DNA from: Antedon mediterranea
Lineage: Eukaryota > Animalia > Echinodermata
Assembly (NCBI RefSeq): GCF_964355755.1
Contig: NC_092677.1
Span: 22,183,175 to 22,247,174, forward strand
Reading direction: 5' to 3'
DNA length: 64,000 nt
Below the pieces are notes generated by a model, which had not been told where the DNA came from, did no database searches, and saw nothing but the letters and a program-made list of their open reading frames with translations. Of this stretch, positions 13,601 to 24,121 are shown in pieces; the first letter of the stretch is position 1; the number at the start of each line of letters is the position of its first letter. Both the position numbers and the translations under genes were made by a program.

Positions 13601-15370
13601 AAAATGGGATACATAATTTACTGCACCAATAAATCGTTTAGTTTCTTTATGGGTTCGTGGGACTGGCAAATTTCGGATAGCTGCACACCTGTCGCCTAAT
13701 GGTGTGATACATGCGTGTCCTGAAGAATTAATCAGGATGGTGTGTCCCATATATTGCACTTTATTCTTGAATAACTTACATTTCTTTGGACAAATTCTAA
13801 AACCATTTAATTGTAGGGCTTGTAAAACGGAAACGAGGTGCTGCTTATGAGCAAATTTGTCTTGGCTAAATAAAATAATATCATCATGATGGGCGATACA
13901 GAATTCTCTAGAATTTGGGATTTCATTTAAAATTTCGTCAATCTTTGCTTGAAATATACCTGGCGAAACGTTTAATCCTTGTGCTAATCTCTTATAATAA
14001 TAATGCTTTCCACCATGATATGAAGCTATACCTGTATATTGTTGGGCATGTTCGGCTAATGGTACACAGTGGAACGCTGATTTCAAATCAATTACGCTAA
14101 GAATCTGTGCATTAGCGTTACCTATTGTTTTCAGAGTTTCGGCTAATAATGGGAATGGGTGATTAATACGTTTTATCCTGGAATTTAGATAGCGAAAGTC
14201 TGTGACAACTCTTTTATCTTTTGAATTTTTCTTTGAAACAAGAAGGACAGGGGAAGTATACGATTGGTGTCCTACTGCTAAGATTCCTAATTTGACTAAT
14301 TTGTTCAATTCGGCCTCAATGACATGTTTGTCTTTGTCTGTCGCGAAGTATGGTCGAATAAAAAATGGTTCATCGTTAGAGAGGTGTATGTCGGCTTTGA
14401 AGTTTGGGCAGCTAGATAGTTCACCATAAAGTGAAAATGCGTTTCTGTTTTGTTGTAAGGTTTTATACAAATCTTCTTTTTCTCTATGTGTTAAAACGCT
14501 GTCTGTTAAATCAACTTGTTTTCTAATTATTTCTTCCTCGGTTAAAGTTAGCAATGGGTCTGTACGTTCTAAATGTGGGTACTTGTTTGCGTTGTCATTG
14601 GTCAACTTTATTCTATCAATTGGTAGGTCGTTAGTAACTGTTACAAGGTTGGTTAAGTGAAGGCTCGCGATAGGTTGATGTGTATTTAGAGATACGTTTC
14701 TGTTTGTGTTGTTAGTGATATCAATGTTGGTTTCTCCTCTATGTAATTTTACTAACATGTCTGATGGACAAAGTTTTGAAATATGGGTGGTTGCATGTAG
14801 AACAACATCGGAATTGCGTACAAAGGCGGGAACCCTTCCTTTTAATTTAACTGTTTTAGTATCACCGGGTTTAAGAAAAATCTTGTGTACTGGACGAAAG
14901 CTAAAAACCTTTGGTCTAATGCGAAATGTGTTTTCCTTAAAATTTAAAGTACCGTCGAGTTCAGACAATGTTTCGGTTCCAAGTATCAGGTCGATACCTG
15001 TCAAATTTTTAACGATTAATGCTGAAATTTTAAATTTGTGTCCTTGGATAAATAATTCGAATTGCACTAAGTGGTTGGCATATAAGAAGTCACCGTTGCC
15101 TAATCGAAATTTAGTTGTGTTCACTTTAACTGGCTTTAAACGCGATAAATAAAGTGAGGAATTAACGTACGATTGTGAGATTATAGTTCTAGTTGAACCA
15201 CTGTCAAATAAAGTTAAAACATTTCTACCATCTGGTAAATTTCCTTTAACGTAATTTCTGTCGTTAAGTAACAAATCAATATTATCTGAATTTCCTAAGT
15301 ATTTTGCCTTAAAATTTTCGTATTTAGTATGGGGGGCCAGATTATAGGCGGCATCTAGTCCCCTTTTTAA
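10661..15370 (-). CDS. pol: Gypsy Pol polyprotein (aspartic protease, RT, RNase H, integrase with GPY/F-like motif and C-terminal extension), expressed by -1 frameshift
   Basis: 1537-aa ORF (TTG start in the track) stays open back to the gag stop. Motifs: LFDSGS protease; DLKSAF, LAQG and HHDD in RT; DTS..TELE..DH..LADFLSR RNase H; H..H..CLRC and D,D,E integrase; WVGPL. Confidence 0.95.
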   Translation of the reverse strand, partial: LKRGLDAAYNLAPHTKYENFKAKYLGNSDNIDLLLNDRNYVKGNLPDGRNVLTLFDSGSTRTIISQSYVNSSLYLSRLKPVKVNTTKFRLGNGDFLYANHLVQFELFIQGHKFKISALIVKNLTGIDLILGTETLSELDGTLNFKENTFRIRPKVFSFRPVHKIFLKPGDTKTVKLKGRVPAFVRNSDVVLHATTHISKLCPSDMLVKLHRGETNIDITNNTNRNVSLNTHQPIASLHLTNLVTVTNDLPIDRIKLTNDNANKYPHLERTDPLLTLTEEEIIRKQVDLTDSVLTHREKEDLYKTLQQNRNAFSLYGELSSCPNFKADIHLSNDEPFFIRPYFATDKDKHVIEAELNKLVKLGILAVGHQSYTSPVLLVSKKNSKDKRVVTDFRYLNSRIKRINHPFPLLAETLKTIGNANAQILSVIDLKSAFHCVPLAEHAQQYTGIASYHGGKHYYYKRLAQGLNVSPGIFQAKIDEILNEIPNSREFCIAHHDDIILFSQDKFAHKQHLVSVLQALQLNGFRICPKKCKLFKNKVQYMGHTILINSSGHACITPLGDRCAAIRNLPVPRTHKETKRFIGAVNYVSHFFPQIQSILRPLHTLASKRRKFCWSTEHQKAFDEIKQLMVKPPTLQMPRKEGRFTLYSDTSRTATGSYLTQTVNGKEHIIGYYSKILPQACQRYSVTELELFGLYINVSAFRHLLKGCEFDAFVDHSAIVQIWNSKDQPCTPRLQKLILRLSGYIFQIGYKKGTELVLADFLSRAPRDDDSEIDQVVPIAFNITETESLNPITNTSTSRPVTRSYAKKMGINIPDLHKPKPVQTPVINQNPVTTNTRPTPQPTATPQIITRQQTNAHRSPPITTPPIVTPPPIRNVNIRQPPEERLVDKSKQNKDTTHRNVPVELYTSPKPLVPNITEFKSAHIPKQQDLDRLMDVIQRKIIRDYNLPVDVKQLRVEQETSPFFKPVYDYLVHDILPADKKAARAVQNKSEQYILCNGLLFRLFFQDKGGEFVLQLAVPENLAETIISQYHDNLLSSHQGTMRTYLTIRKLFYMPLMFEKVNNYTQACLRCQQFRPKTDKLRPLHDRVPATYRPFHTLSLDFKSMPTSPSGFKHIMVVCDEITRFLICVPLKSIDAETICEALIQKVISIFGPPSRLISDAATSLTGKLLTLLCNTLNIDRKIISVHNHGSLQVERHIRTVSDLLKVNLNQFGTDWVRFVSTTCYAYNSFSSPHLGNHSPYELVFGRQPPSLTSLAFNPISGLSHSYEEYFEHLKKKFQNISQTMLQLQRTQQNVQNSKISQRLEKSPIYSVGQLVYLYKPTSSSLTANSKKIAAEWVGPLVIHEVLDRTHYILATIKGEILRDVFNYNRLKPCFMRTPKERKNFTHLQKLKQLLNEPTDDNNEKIQNTINVVNDETNVEFVDEHDRTPTQLQSDTLTHPTKIEPLNLQPYIDCVENNMELAAPFQMKEEQIKEQTNLIMTAPNDSSMTLNRGRFKAGHFQVLVSYSKPTSVKRNTDKTKQESNDRKFWWNIDRYNDTDKLIKEIINDKQIPISGSPKRFIKRLYNATNY

Positions 15371-15376
15371 AAATCC
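15306..15376 (-). promoter_or_regulatory. Putative -1 ribosomal frameshift signal
   Basis: G GAT TTT directly before the gag TAA, a 6-nt spacer, then hairpin GGGGACTAGAT/ATCTGGCCCCC. pol is in the -1 frame. Confidence 0.75.
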
Positions 15377-16332
15377 TGCTGGTGGCTAGGGTAGTAATTG
15401 TTTGACTGTTGGTATGGGTATGGCGGGGGATAGTTTCCGTAAGAGCGGTTTTGTTGTCGGCAGTGCCTTGCTATGTGGCCTGGTTTCCCGCAGTAATAAC
15501 AGGTTGGGGGAGGTTGTCTATATCTTGGGGTCGGTGGGGTCTGGAATCGGGGTTTGTATGGGCTTGGGCTTCGGTTTCGTCTTGGGATATAATTTCGGGT
15601 GGGGGAACGTGAGCGTCGAGTATCATCATTAAGGGATCGTTTTGTTGTGGCCATGTCTAACTTGAGAGAATTTATCTCATGTTGGAGCGATTCGAGACTA
15701 TTAGGCCTATCTGTTTCCTTATTGATATTGAATGAAACTTCCCGTGTGGCATCATCTACGGAAAGGTCAAGGTAATTTTGTGTGCTATTTACAATATTTT
15801 CAATAGTGGCATCGATTGGGGTGGACATGGCTACAGCTGCTCTACATTTTGGTGGAAGGGTCGAAATAAATTTATTCTTTATCTGCTGGTCAGCGTATCC
15901 AATTCTGTCTGCGGCTTGTTTGATTTTGGTTAAGTGCTTTTCGGCGTTGTCGCCAGTGGTGTATGTAATTGAATCGTATTCTCTTATGTGCGCATAGATT
16001 GATTTGTTTTTACTAAATCTGTTGATGAATTGGGTTTTTAAGGATTCTAGTGAATCGAACTGCTTTCCCTCAATCCAGAGTCTAGCTTGGCCCTGAAGGC
16101 TACGTTTAAAGATACTTATTACATTAATTAATTGGGCATTGTTTACAGGGTTTTCTAACGTGTGGGCCTCAAGGTAGTCGGTAAACGATAAGTAATGTGC
16201 ACTACATTGGTCGTGATCGGTTATGGAACCGTCATATCTTTTGGGAAGGAAGTCGGTTTGTCTTAGGTGGGGCACGGGGTGAGGATTGACGGGCTCATTT
16301 AAAATTACTTCGTTATCAACAACGTCGACCAT
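15367..16332 (-). CDS. gag: Gypsy Gag with CCHC zinc knuckle
   Basis: 321 aa with ATG start. Capsid-like FKRSLQGQARLWI..LKTQFINRF and knuckle CYYCGKPGHIARHC. Confidence 0.95.
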   Translation of the reverse strand: MVDVVDNEVILNEPVNPHPVPHLRQTDFLPKRYDGSITDHDQCSAHYLSFTDYLEAHTLENPVNNAQLINVISIFKRSLQGQARLWIEGKQFDSLESLKTQFINRFSKNKSIYAHIREYDSITYTTGDNAEKHLTKIKQAADRIGYADQQIKNKFISTLPPKCRAAVAMSTPIDATIENIVNSTQNYLDLSVDDATREVSFNINKETDRPNSLESLQHEINSLKLDMATTKRSLNDDTRRSRSPTRNYIPRRNRSPSPYKPRFQTPPTPRYRQPPPTCYYCGKPGHIARHCRQQNRSYGNYPPPYPYQQSNNYYPSHQQDF

Positions 16333-16721
16333 ACTTTATAATATTAATTATTAATCAAATATCAAAAACAATTTAGTGTATATGTAAACTCTCACTTTTT
16401 CAATCAAGGTTACAAATCAAAATCAAAATGGTTTTGACTTACCCCAAATGCTTCGGATCCAATTAAAAATGAATTAAAGGAATGCAAAAAGCGTTCAAAA
16501 ATTTCTAAATGTTCAAACAACGAATTAAAGAAATGTTAAAGTGCTCATCAATGTTCAACTTTTCAAACAACGAATTAAAAAAAATGCGATAGGTGTTCAT
16601 CAATGTTCAAAAAAGGTAAATGTTAAAAAAACGATCGAAAAAAAAACGGCGTGAAGTTGAAAGTCTCTAAACGAAACAGTTCTTGTCCGCTTGCTTCTGT
16701 TTTGATTCTGCTTGGGTCTTC

Positions 16722-16924
16722 CTAGATTATCTTCTTTGTCTTTATCCAATGGTTATAATTTGATAAAATTTCTGCTTGTCTCGATCTCATTCAAATATAA
16801 TTTCAGCTTGTCTTTTGTGTCTTCCTCGATTATCTTTTTTGTCTTCATCCAATGGTAATAATTTGATCAAATTTCTGCTTGTCTCGATCTCATTCAAATA
16901 TAATTTCAGCTTGTCTTTTGAGTC
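16722..16924. repeat. ~102-bp tandem duplication in the Gypsy 5' leader
   Basis: GATTATCTT.TTTGTCTT.ATCCAATGG...CTTGTCTCGATCTCATTCAAATATAATTTCAGCTTGTCTTTTG.GTC occurs twice. Confidence 0.85.
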
Positions 16925-17026
16925 AAAGTAAATTTCTCTCCTTTCAAACAAATATGGTTATTTTTGTCTTCGTCTTCGTGTCTTGTTAAGTGTTTATTTC
17001 TTGTTTTCTCACTCCGTTCCTTATGA

Positions 17027-17044
17027 AATTTGGGTCTTCCACCA
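17027..17044 (-). promoter_or_regulatory. Primer-binding site (tRNA not assigned)
   Basis: TGGTGGAAGACCCAAATT follows the 5' LTR immediately. TGG is complementary to the tRNA CCA end. Confidence 0.8.
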
Positions 17045-17658
17045 TGTAATATAATGTTGGGTTGTTGAGGTACTAAAGAAAGACTCTAACTCGCTTGACT
17101 GTCGTAACACATATATTATTTATTCAGTATAATACTTCAGTACAATATACAACTATAAGTATAGATAAGGAACGCGGAGGATCAATGATGCTGTCGGTGA
17201 GGTGTGGTGTGTGTAGGTCTGCTTCTGGAGAAGTGGTTGTAAGGTGTGTGCTCCGTGAGGTGGCTGTAAGATGTGTCTGGGCCCTTCTGAAACTTGGGGG
17301 TATATTGGCTCAGTTCATTTGCATAATGTCATTACATCATCTGTGAGGGTAACGATTGGTCCTAAGTTGATCCAGGGGTGTTTAAGTGGGAGTGATTAAC
17401 GGTATCATAAGGTATTTCTGTGATGGATGACACTGTCAAATCTGTACTTAAATAGTGTCGATCACTCCTGGTTTTAACGATGGGAAAGTCACAAAATTAA
17501 GCTAAGTGTTTTCTTTAGGGATTCTATTATAAACTAAATGGTCATTAAAACATCTGGACAAACTCTCCTTCGGACTTTCTGGGTCAGGTTTGTGAACCTA
17601 TTTAAATTCCGATACAAAGGTCAATTTCTTAAATATAACAGTATATCATTATATCACA
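17045..17658 (-). repeat. 5' LTR of Gypsy element
   Basis: Direct repeat of 9135-9748. Confidence 0.96.
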
Positions 17659-18186
17659 ATTATAACATAATTTTTGGAATTTTAGAAAGTGGAAATTTTG
17701 ACCATTTTTGAAAACAATTCCTATGGTCCCCCGTAGGAAAATTTTCGAAAAATGGCCAAATTTCGACCCTTTTTTTATATCTGTATAAATAGAAATATTA
17801 TAGCATAATTATTTAATTTTTAAAGTGGCAAATGTTGCCATTTTTCGACCCTTTTATTTTTTTGACATTTCTAGTTACGATGGCTCTATAAGATGATGTT
17901 AACACAATATATGTGCATAAATGGCAATATTATAGCCTAATTATTGAATTTTAAAAGGTGGAAAATTTGACCATTTTTCGAAAAAAAAATTCCTATGGTC
18001 CCCCGCAGGGAAATTTTTCGAAAAATGGCCAAATTTCGACCCTTTTATTTTTTGACATAACTAGTTACTATGGCTCTATAAGATGATGTTAAGCATAATT
18101 TTTTTATTTGAAAGAATGGAAATTTTGACCATTTTTGAAAAAAAAGTCCTATGGTCCCCGTAGGAAAATTTTCGAACAATTGCCAA
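17659..18186. repeat. ~187-bp satellite, array 1, right part
   Basis: The satellite resumes in phase after the TSD (GGCAATATTA | ATTATAACATAA). Confidence 0.9.
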
Positions 18187-18420
18187 CAGCGGGTGTTTCA
18201 GAAGCTCAGAATATAACGTGCAACGCTAGTGTTTTAAAGTAACAGAAAAAAACAGAAAAACTCACGAAACAGTCAAACACCAGTCAAATTAACTACAGCA
18301 CAGTCTTAAACAGATCATAAACATCAAAGTTTGTAGTTAGACCAGATTCAGCTCAGTCGAAAACAAGGAAAAATAGTGAAGTACAGAGCTCGAACAAAAC
18401 ACGTCCGTTCTCGACCACAG
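18187..18420 (-). mobile_element. Probable isolated 5' UTR fragment of a CR1/L2-group LINE
   Basis: Minus strand begins GTGGTCGAGAACGGACGTGTTTTGTTCGAGCTCTG, a 5'-terminal pattern common in invertebrate CR1/L2 elements. No ORF is attached. Confidence 0.4.
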
Positions 18421-18704
18421 TTCGTTTTACATATATTATCTATATTTAGTCATCTGATAACATTTTTTTTACCACGCCGTTTTTAATAGTTTTTTAAAAT
18501 GCCTCTCTATTTACAACATTTGTGTACAAAAGAATAGAGATTTTATTGTGTAATTTGAACTATCCCCCCACTGATAAGAAAGTGCTTATTTTCAACAAGC
18601 TTGTGTAACACAAATAAAATCCCAAAAAATATGAAACAGGGGAAGCTATAGATCGATAATTATTGGAATGTATGATCAATAGAAATTTTTTGCCCCCACC
18701 TAGT

Positions 18705-18905
18705 CTTTAAACACGGGGAGATATCTGCACTTAAAACGGGGAGATATCTGTACTTAAAAACGGAGAGATATCTGTACTTAAAAACGGGGAGATATCTTTA
18801 CTTAAAAACGGGGAGATATCTGTACTTAAAAACGGGTCGATATCTGTACTTAAAAACGAGTCGATGTCTGTACGTAAAATTGGGGTCGATGTCTGTATGT
18901 AATTA
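18705..18905 (-). repeat. Short inverted-orientation array of a 24-bp variant of the 25-bp satellite
   Basis: TTAAAAACGGGGAGATATCTGTAC repeats grade into GTAAAATTGGGGTCGATGTCTGTA, the reverse complement of the 25-mer. Confidence 0.85.
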
Positions 18906-18913
18906 CGTGCGTA

Positions 18914-19258
18914 ATGTTTTCGGTAACTCGTGCACTGGAGTATTGTGGACGACAAGGGATATCCATACGAGGTCATAGTGATGATGGATTACCTCTTGCC
19001 TTCACAGACACACACATGGGCAATTTAAAGGAGTTGCTGCGACTTATGGCAGAAAGTGATGAGTCGCCTAATGACCATTTAAGTAGTTGCGCTCGAAACA
19101 CCAGCTATATTTCTAAGACCACAAAAACTCAATTGCTCAAGTGTATGTCAGAGGACATTCAGCAACAACTTGTAAACAGAATAAAGGATGGTGGTGGTGG
19201 TATATACGGATTGTCTGCAGATGAAGCCACAGACGTCAGTGTATGGAAACAACTAGAG
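18914..19258 (+). pseudogene. hAT-superfamily transposase fragment (ZMYM1/THAP12-like, DUF4371 region)
   Basis: ALEYCGRQGISIRGH...GNLKELL...NTSYISKTT..QLL...YGLSADEATDVS..KQL includes the first catalytic D (DExTD). Truncated on both sides. Confidence 0.85.
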
Positions 19259-19532
19259 GAATTACAAATCACAAAAGAAAACATAATCAAAAAAATAAGA
19301 AAGAAACACAAGACGCTTAAATTTGTCCTTACGTACCTCAGCACATTTCTCCAATATCTCCATTTTCCCACTACATTCTTTTACAAACATTTTTTTGGCA
19401 TGCTGGCCAAAATGCACCAGGGCCGATTGTTCACCTTCCATCATGGTTGGTTGTCAATGTGGTGAGTAAAAATATTTTCCCATGTGTGTCACGCGTTGAG
19501 CATCAACATGTTTTGCTTGGCGGCAATGTTTA

Positions 19533-20420
19533 ATTTATTTATTTCACTTTACAAATATATAAATATAAAGTGGAGGAGCCTAAAAGAAAGCAAAGCTTGT
19601 GGTGAATAGGCTCCTCAAAACAAATAATAAAATATAAATAATATAACACCATTAGAAACTCCATAAAAAAAAACAACAATTTTACTAATATCTTTTCTCT
19701 AACACATAAGTTTAACATGTTTAAAACTAAAAACAAGTAAAAAATAGATTATATAAATTATTTAAGAAATATCCAAATATATGTAAATAATAAAAGAACT
19801 TACAAAGAACCTTCAACCAATAATAGTTTAAATTGACGTTTAAATAAGGCACAGTTATGAGATTTTTTAAGTGATAAAGGAAGAGAATTCCAGAGTTTAG
19901 GTCCAGTGTATACAAGGGTGTTCATTTTAAGACTAGATCGAGTAAGTGGTAGGTGATCTTTTTGTCTTGTTTGTTGGTGAGTGTGATATTGTTTATTTTG
20001 AGTGAATTTACTGGATATTATGGGTGGTAAGTGTCCAGCGGTTAATTGAAACATGATGACACCTACATTAAATGTATAGAGGTCCTCAATTTTTAATTTT
20101 TTTTTTTTTTAAAGATATCTTGGGTGTGAGCACCCTGAGATAATTCTGACAGCTCGTTTCTGGATTAATCAAATTTTAGTAATAATTGATTTTGAAGCAT
20201 TTCCCCAAGCAAGAACACCATAATTTAAGTACGATAATATAAGAGTAGAATATAAAATATTTAATACTTTTTGAGGAAATATTGATTTCAATTTATACAT
20301 CATGCCAACATGTTTTGATAATAATTTGCAAAGGTAATTAACATGGGCTTTCCAGTCAAGTCTGTCGTCAATAAATATACCAAGAAATTTTGTGTTGATT
20401 ATTTGATTAATAGGAACGTA
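19533..20420 (-). pseudogene. 5'-truncated Crack/CR1-group LINE 3' fragment, copy 1
   Basis: Minus-strand FLGIFIDDRLDWKAHV...YLNYGVLAWG...QKRAVRII...YTGPKLWNSLP, AT-rich 3' UTR and (TAAA)n tail near 19535. Confidence 0.85.
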
Positions 20421-23400
20421 CAGAAATCTACTCAGAATTTACGTACCGACATCGACCCCGTTTTTACATAGAGACATCGACCCCGTTTTTACGTACAGAC
20501 ATCGACCTAGTTTTTACGTACATACATCGACACCGATTTTACGTACAGACATCGACCTCGTTTTTACGTACCGACATCGACCTCGATTTAACGCAAAGAC
20601 AACGACCATGATTTCACGTACAGACATCGACCCCGATTTTACGTACAAACATCGACCATGATTTTACGTACAGTCATCGACCCTGATTTTACATACAGAC
20701 ATCGACCTAGTTTTGACGTACAGACATCGACCCCGTTTTTACATACATATATCGACTCTGTTTTTACGTACAGAAATCGACCTAGTTTTTACGTACCGAC
20801 ATCGACCTCGACTTTACGTACAGCCATCAACCCCGTTTTGACGTACAGATATCGACCCCGATTTTACGTACATACATCGACCCAATTTTACGTACAGTCA
20901 TCGACCCAGTTTTTACGTACAAACATCCACCTAGATTTTACGTACAGACATCGACCCCGATTTTACGTACATACATCGACCCCGATTTTACGTACATACA
21001 TCGACTCCGATTTTACGTACATACATCGACTCCTATTTTACGTACAGATATCGACCCTGATTTTACGTCCAGACATCGACCCCGACTTTACGCACATACA
21101 TCGACCCCGATTTTACGTACAGACATCGACCCAGTTTTTACGTACAGACATCAACCTCGATTTTACGTACCGACATCGATCCCTATTTTACGTACATACA
21201 TCGACCCCGATTTTACGTACAGACATCGACCCCGATTTTAAGTACAGACATCGACCCGATTTTACGTACAGTCATCGACCCAGTTTTTACGTACAGACAT
21301 CGACCCCGATTTTACGTACAGACATCGACCCCGATTTTACGTATAGACATCGACCCCGTTTTTACCTACAGACATCGACCTAGTTTTTACGTACAGATAT
21401 CGACCCTGATTTTACAAACAGACATAGACCTAGTTTTGATGTACATATATCGACCCCGTTTTTACGTACCGACATCGAGCTCAATTTTACGTACAGACAG
21501 CGACCCCGATTTTACTTACAGACATCGACCTAGTTTTTACGTACAGATATTGACCCGGTTTTGACGTACATACATCGACAGCGATTTTACGTAAACACAA
21601 CGACCCCGATTTAACGTACATACATCGAACCCGATTTTACGTACATACATCGACCCCGATTTTACGTACAGTCATCGACCAAGTTTTTACGTACAGACAT
21701 CAACCTCGATTTTACGTACAGACATCAACCCCAATTTTACGTACATACATCGACCCCGATTTTACGTACAGACATCGACCCCGATTTTACGTACAGACAT
21801 CGACCCGATTTTACGTACAGCCATCAACCCCGTTTTTACGTACAGACATCGACCCCGTTTTGACAAACAGACATCGACCTAGTTTTTACGTACCGACATC
21901 GACCTCGTTTTGACGTACATACATCGACCCAGTTTTTACGTACAGGCATCGACTCCGATTTTACGTACAGACAGCCACACCAATTTTACGTACATACATC
22001 GACCCCGATTTTACGTACATACATCGACCCCGATTTTACGTACAGTCATCGACCAAGTTTTTACGTACAGAAATCGACCCCGATTTTACGTACAGACATC
22101 GACCCCGATTTTACGTACATACATCGACCTAGTTTTTACGTAAAGACATCCACCCTGATTTACATACAGACATCGACCTAGTTTTGACGTACAGAAATCG
22201 ACCCCATTTTGAGGTACAGACATCGACCACGTTTTTACGTACAGACATCGACCCCGATTTCACGTACATACATCGACCCCGATTTTACGTACATACATCG
22301 ACTCCTTTTTTTACGTACAGACATCGACCCTGATTTTACGTACAGACATCGACCCCGATTTTACGTACATACATCGACCCCGATTTTACGTACAGACATC
22401 GACCCAGTTTTTACGTACAGACATCAACCTCGATTTTCCGTACCGACATCGATCCCTATTTTACGTACATACATCGACCCTGATTTTACGTACAGTCATC
22501 GACCCAGTTTTTACGTACAGACATCAACCTCGATTTTACGTACCGACATCGATCCCTATTTTACGTACATACATCGACCCCGATTTTACGTACATACATC
22601 GACCCGTATTTATTAACAGACATCGACCTAGTTTTTACGTACAGACATCTACCCCGATTTTACATACAGACATCGTCCCCGATTTTTTGTACATACATCG
22701 ACCCCGATTTTACGTACAGACATCGACCCCGATTTTACGTATAGACATCGACCCCGTTTTTACCTACAGACATCGACCTAGTTTTTACGTACAGATATCG
22801 ACCCTGATTTTACAAACAGACATAGACCTAGTTTTGATGTACATATATTGACCCCGTTTTGACGTACCGACATCGACCTCAATTTTACGTACAGACAGCG
22901 ACTCCGATTTTACTTACAGACATCGACCTAGTTTTTACGTACAGACATCGACCCCGATTTCACGTACATACATCGACCCCGATTTTACGTACATACATCG
23001 ACTCCCTTTTTTACGTACAGACATCGACCCTGATTTTACGTACAGACATCGACCCCGATTTTACGTACATACATCGACCCCGATTTTACGTACAGACATC
23101 GACCCAGTTTTTACGTACAGACATCAACCTCGATTTTCCGTATCGACATCGATCCCTATTTTACGTACATACATCGACCCCGATTTTACGTACAGTCATC
23201 GACCCAGTTTTTACGTACAGACATCAACCTCGATTTTACGTACCGACATCGATCCCTATTTTACGTACATACATCGACCCCGATTTTACGTACATACATC
23301 GACCCGTATTTATTAACAGACATCGACCTAGTTTTTACGTACAGACATCTACCCCGATTTTACATACAGACATCGTCCCCGATTTTTTGTACAGACATCG

Positions 23401-24121
23401 ACCCCGATTTTACGTATAGACATCGACCCCGTTTTTACCTACAGACATCGACCTAGTTTTTACGTACAGATATCGACCCTGATTTTACAAACAGACATAG
23501 ACCTAGTTTTGATGTACATATATTGACCCCGTTTTGACGTACCGACATCGACCTCAATTTTACGTACAGACAGCGACCCCGATTTTACTTACAGACATCG
23601 ACCTAGTTTTTACGTACAGATATTGACCCGGTTTTGACGTACATACATCGACAGCGATTTTACGTAAAGACAACGACCCCGATTTTACGTACAGAGATCG
23701 ATCCAGTTTTTACGTACAGACATCGACCCCGATTTTACGTACAGACATCGACCCCGATTTAACGTACATACATCGAACCCGATTTTACGTACATACATCG
23801 CCCCGATTTTACGTACAGTCATCGACCAAGTTTTTACGTACAGACATCAACCTCGATTTTACGTACAGACATCGATCCCGTATTTACTTACATACATCGA
23901 CCTTGTTTCTACGTACAAACATCGACCCTGATTTAAGGTACATATATCGATCCCGATTTTACGTACATACATCGACTCCAATTTTACGTACATACATCGA
24001 CCCTGATTTTACGTACAGACATCGACCCCGATTTTACGTACATACATCGACCCGATTTTACGTACAGTCATCGACCCAGTTTTTACGTACAGACATCGAC
24101 CCCGATTTTACGTACAGGCAT
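20416..24121. repeat. 25-bp satellite array 2
   Basis: Same monomer as array 1. Confidence 0.97.

Larger units (their letters stand above)
9135..17658 (-). mobile_element. Full-length Ty3/Gypsy LTR retrotransposon (8.5 kb), apparently intact and recent
   Basis: Two 614-bp direct LTRs with TG...CA ends. 4-bp TSD ATTA (9131-9134 / 17659-17662). PBS, PPT, gag and PR-RT-RH-IN pol are in Gypsy order. Confidence 0.97.

Noticed and set aside
10643-15997. Plus-strand ORFs overlapping gag/pol, and similar antisense ORFs over the LINEs
   Set aside because: Short antisense shadows of real coding frames with no domain features.
18914-19465. 183-aa ORF as an intact host ZMYM1/THAP12-like gene
   Set aside because: hAT similarity stops at ~19258. 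The rest reads through unrelated A-rich and duplicated sequence, so this is a chimeric remnant.
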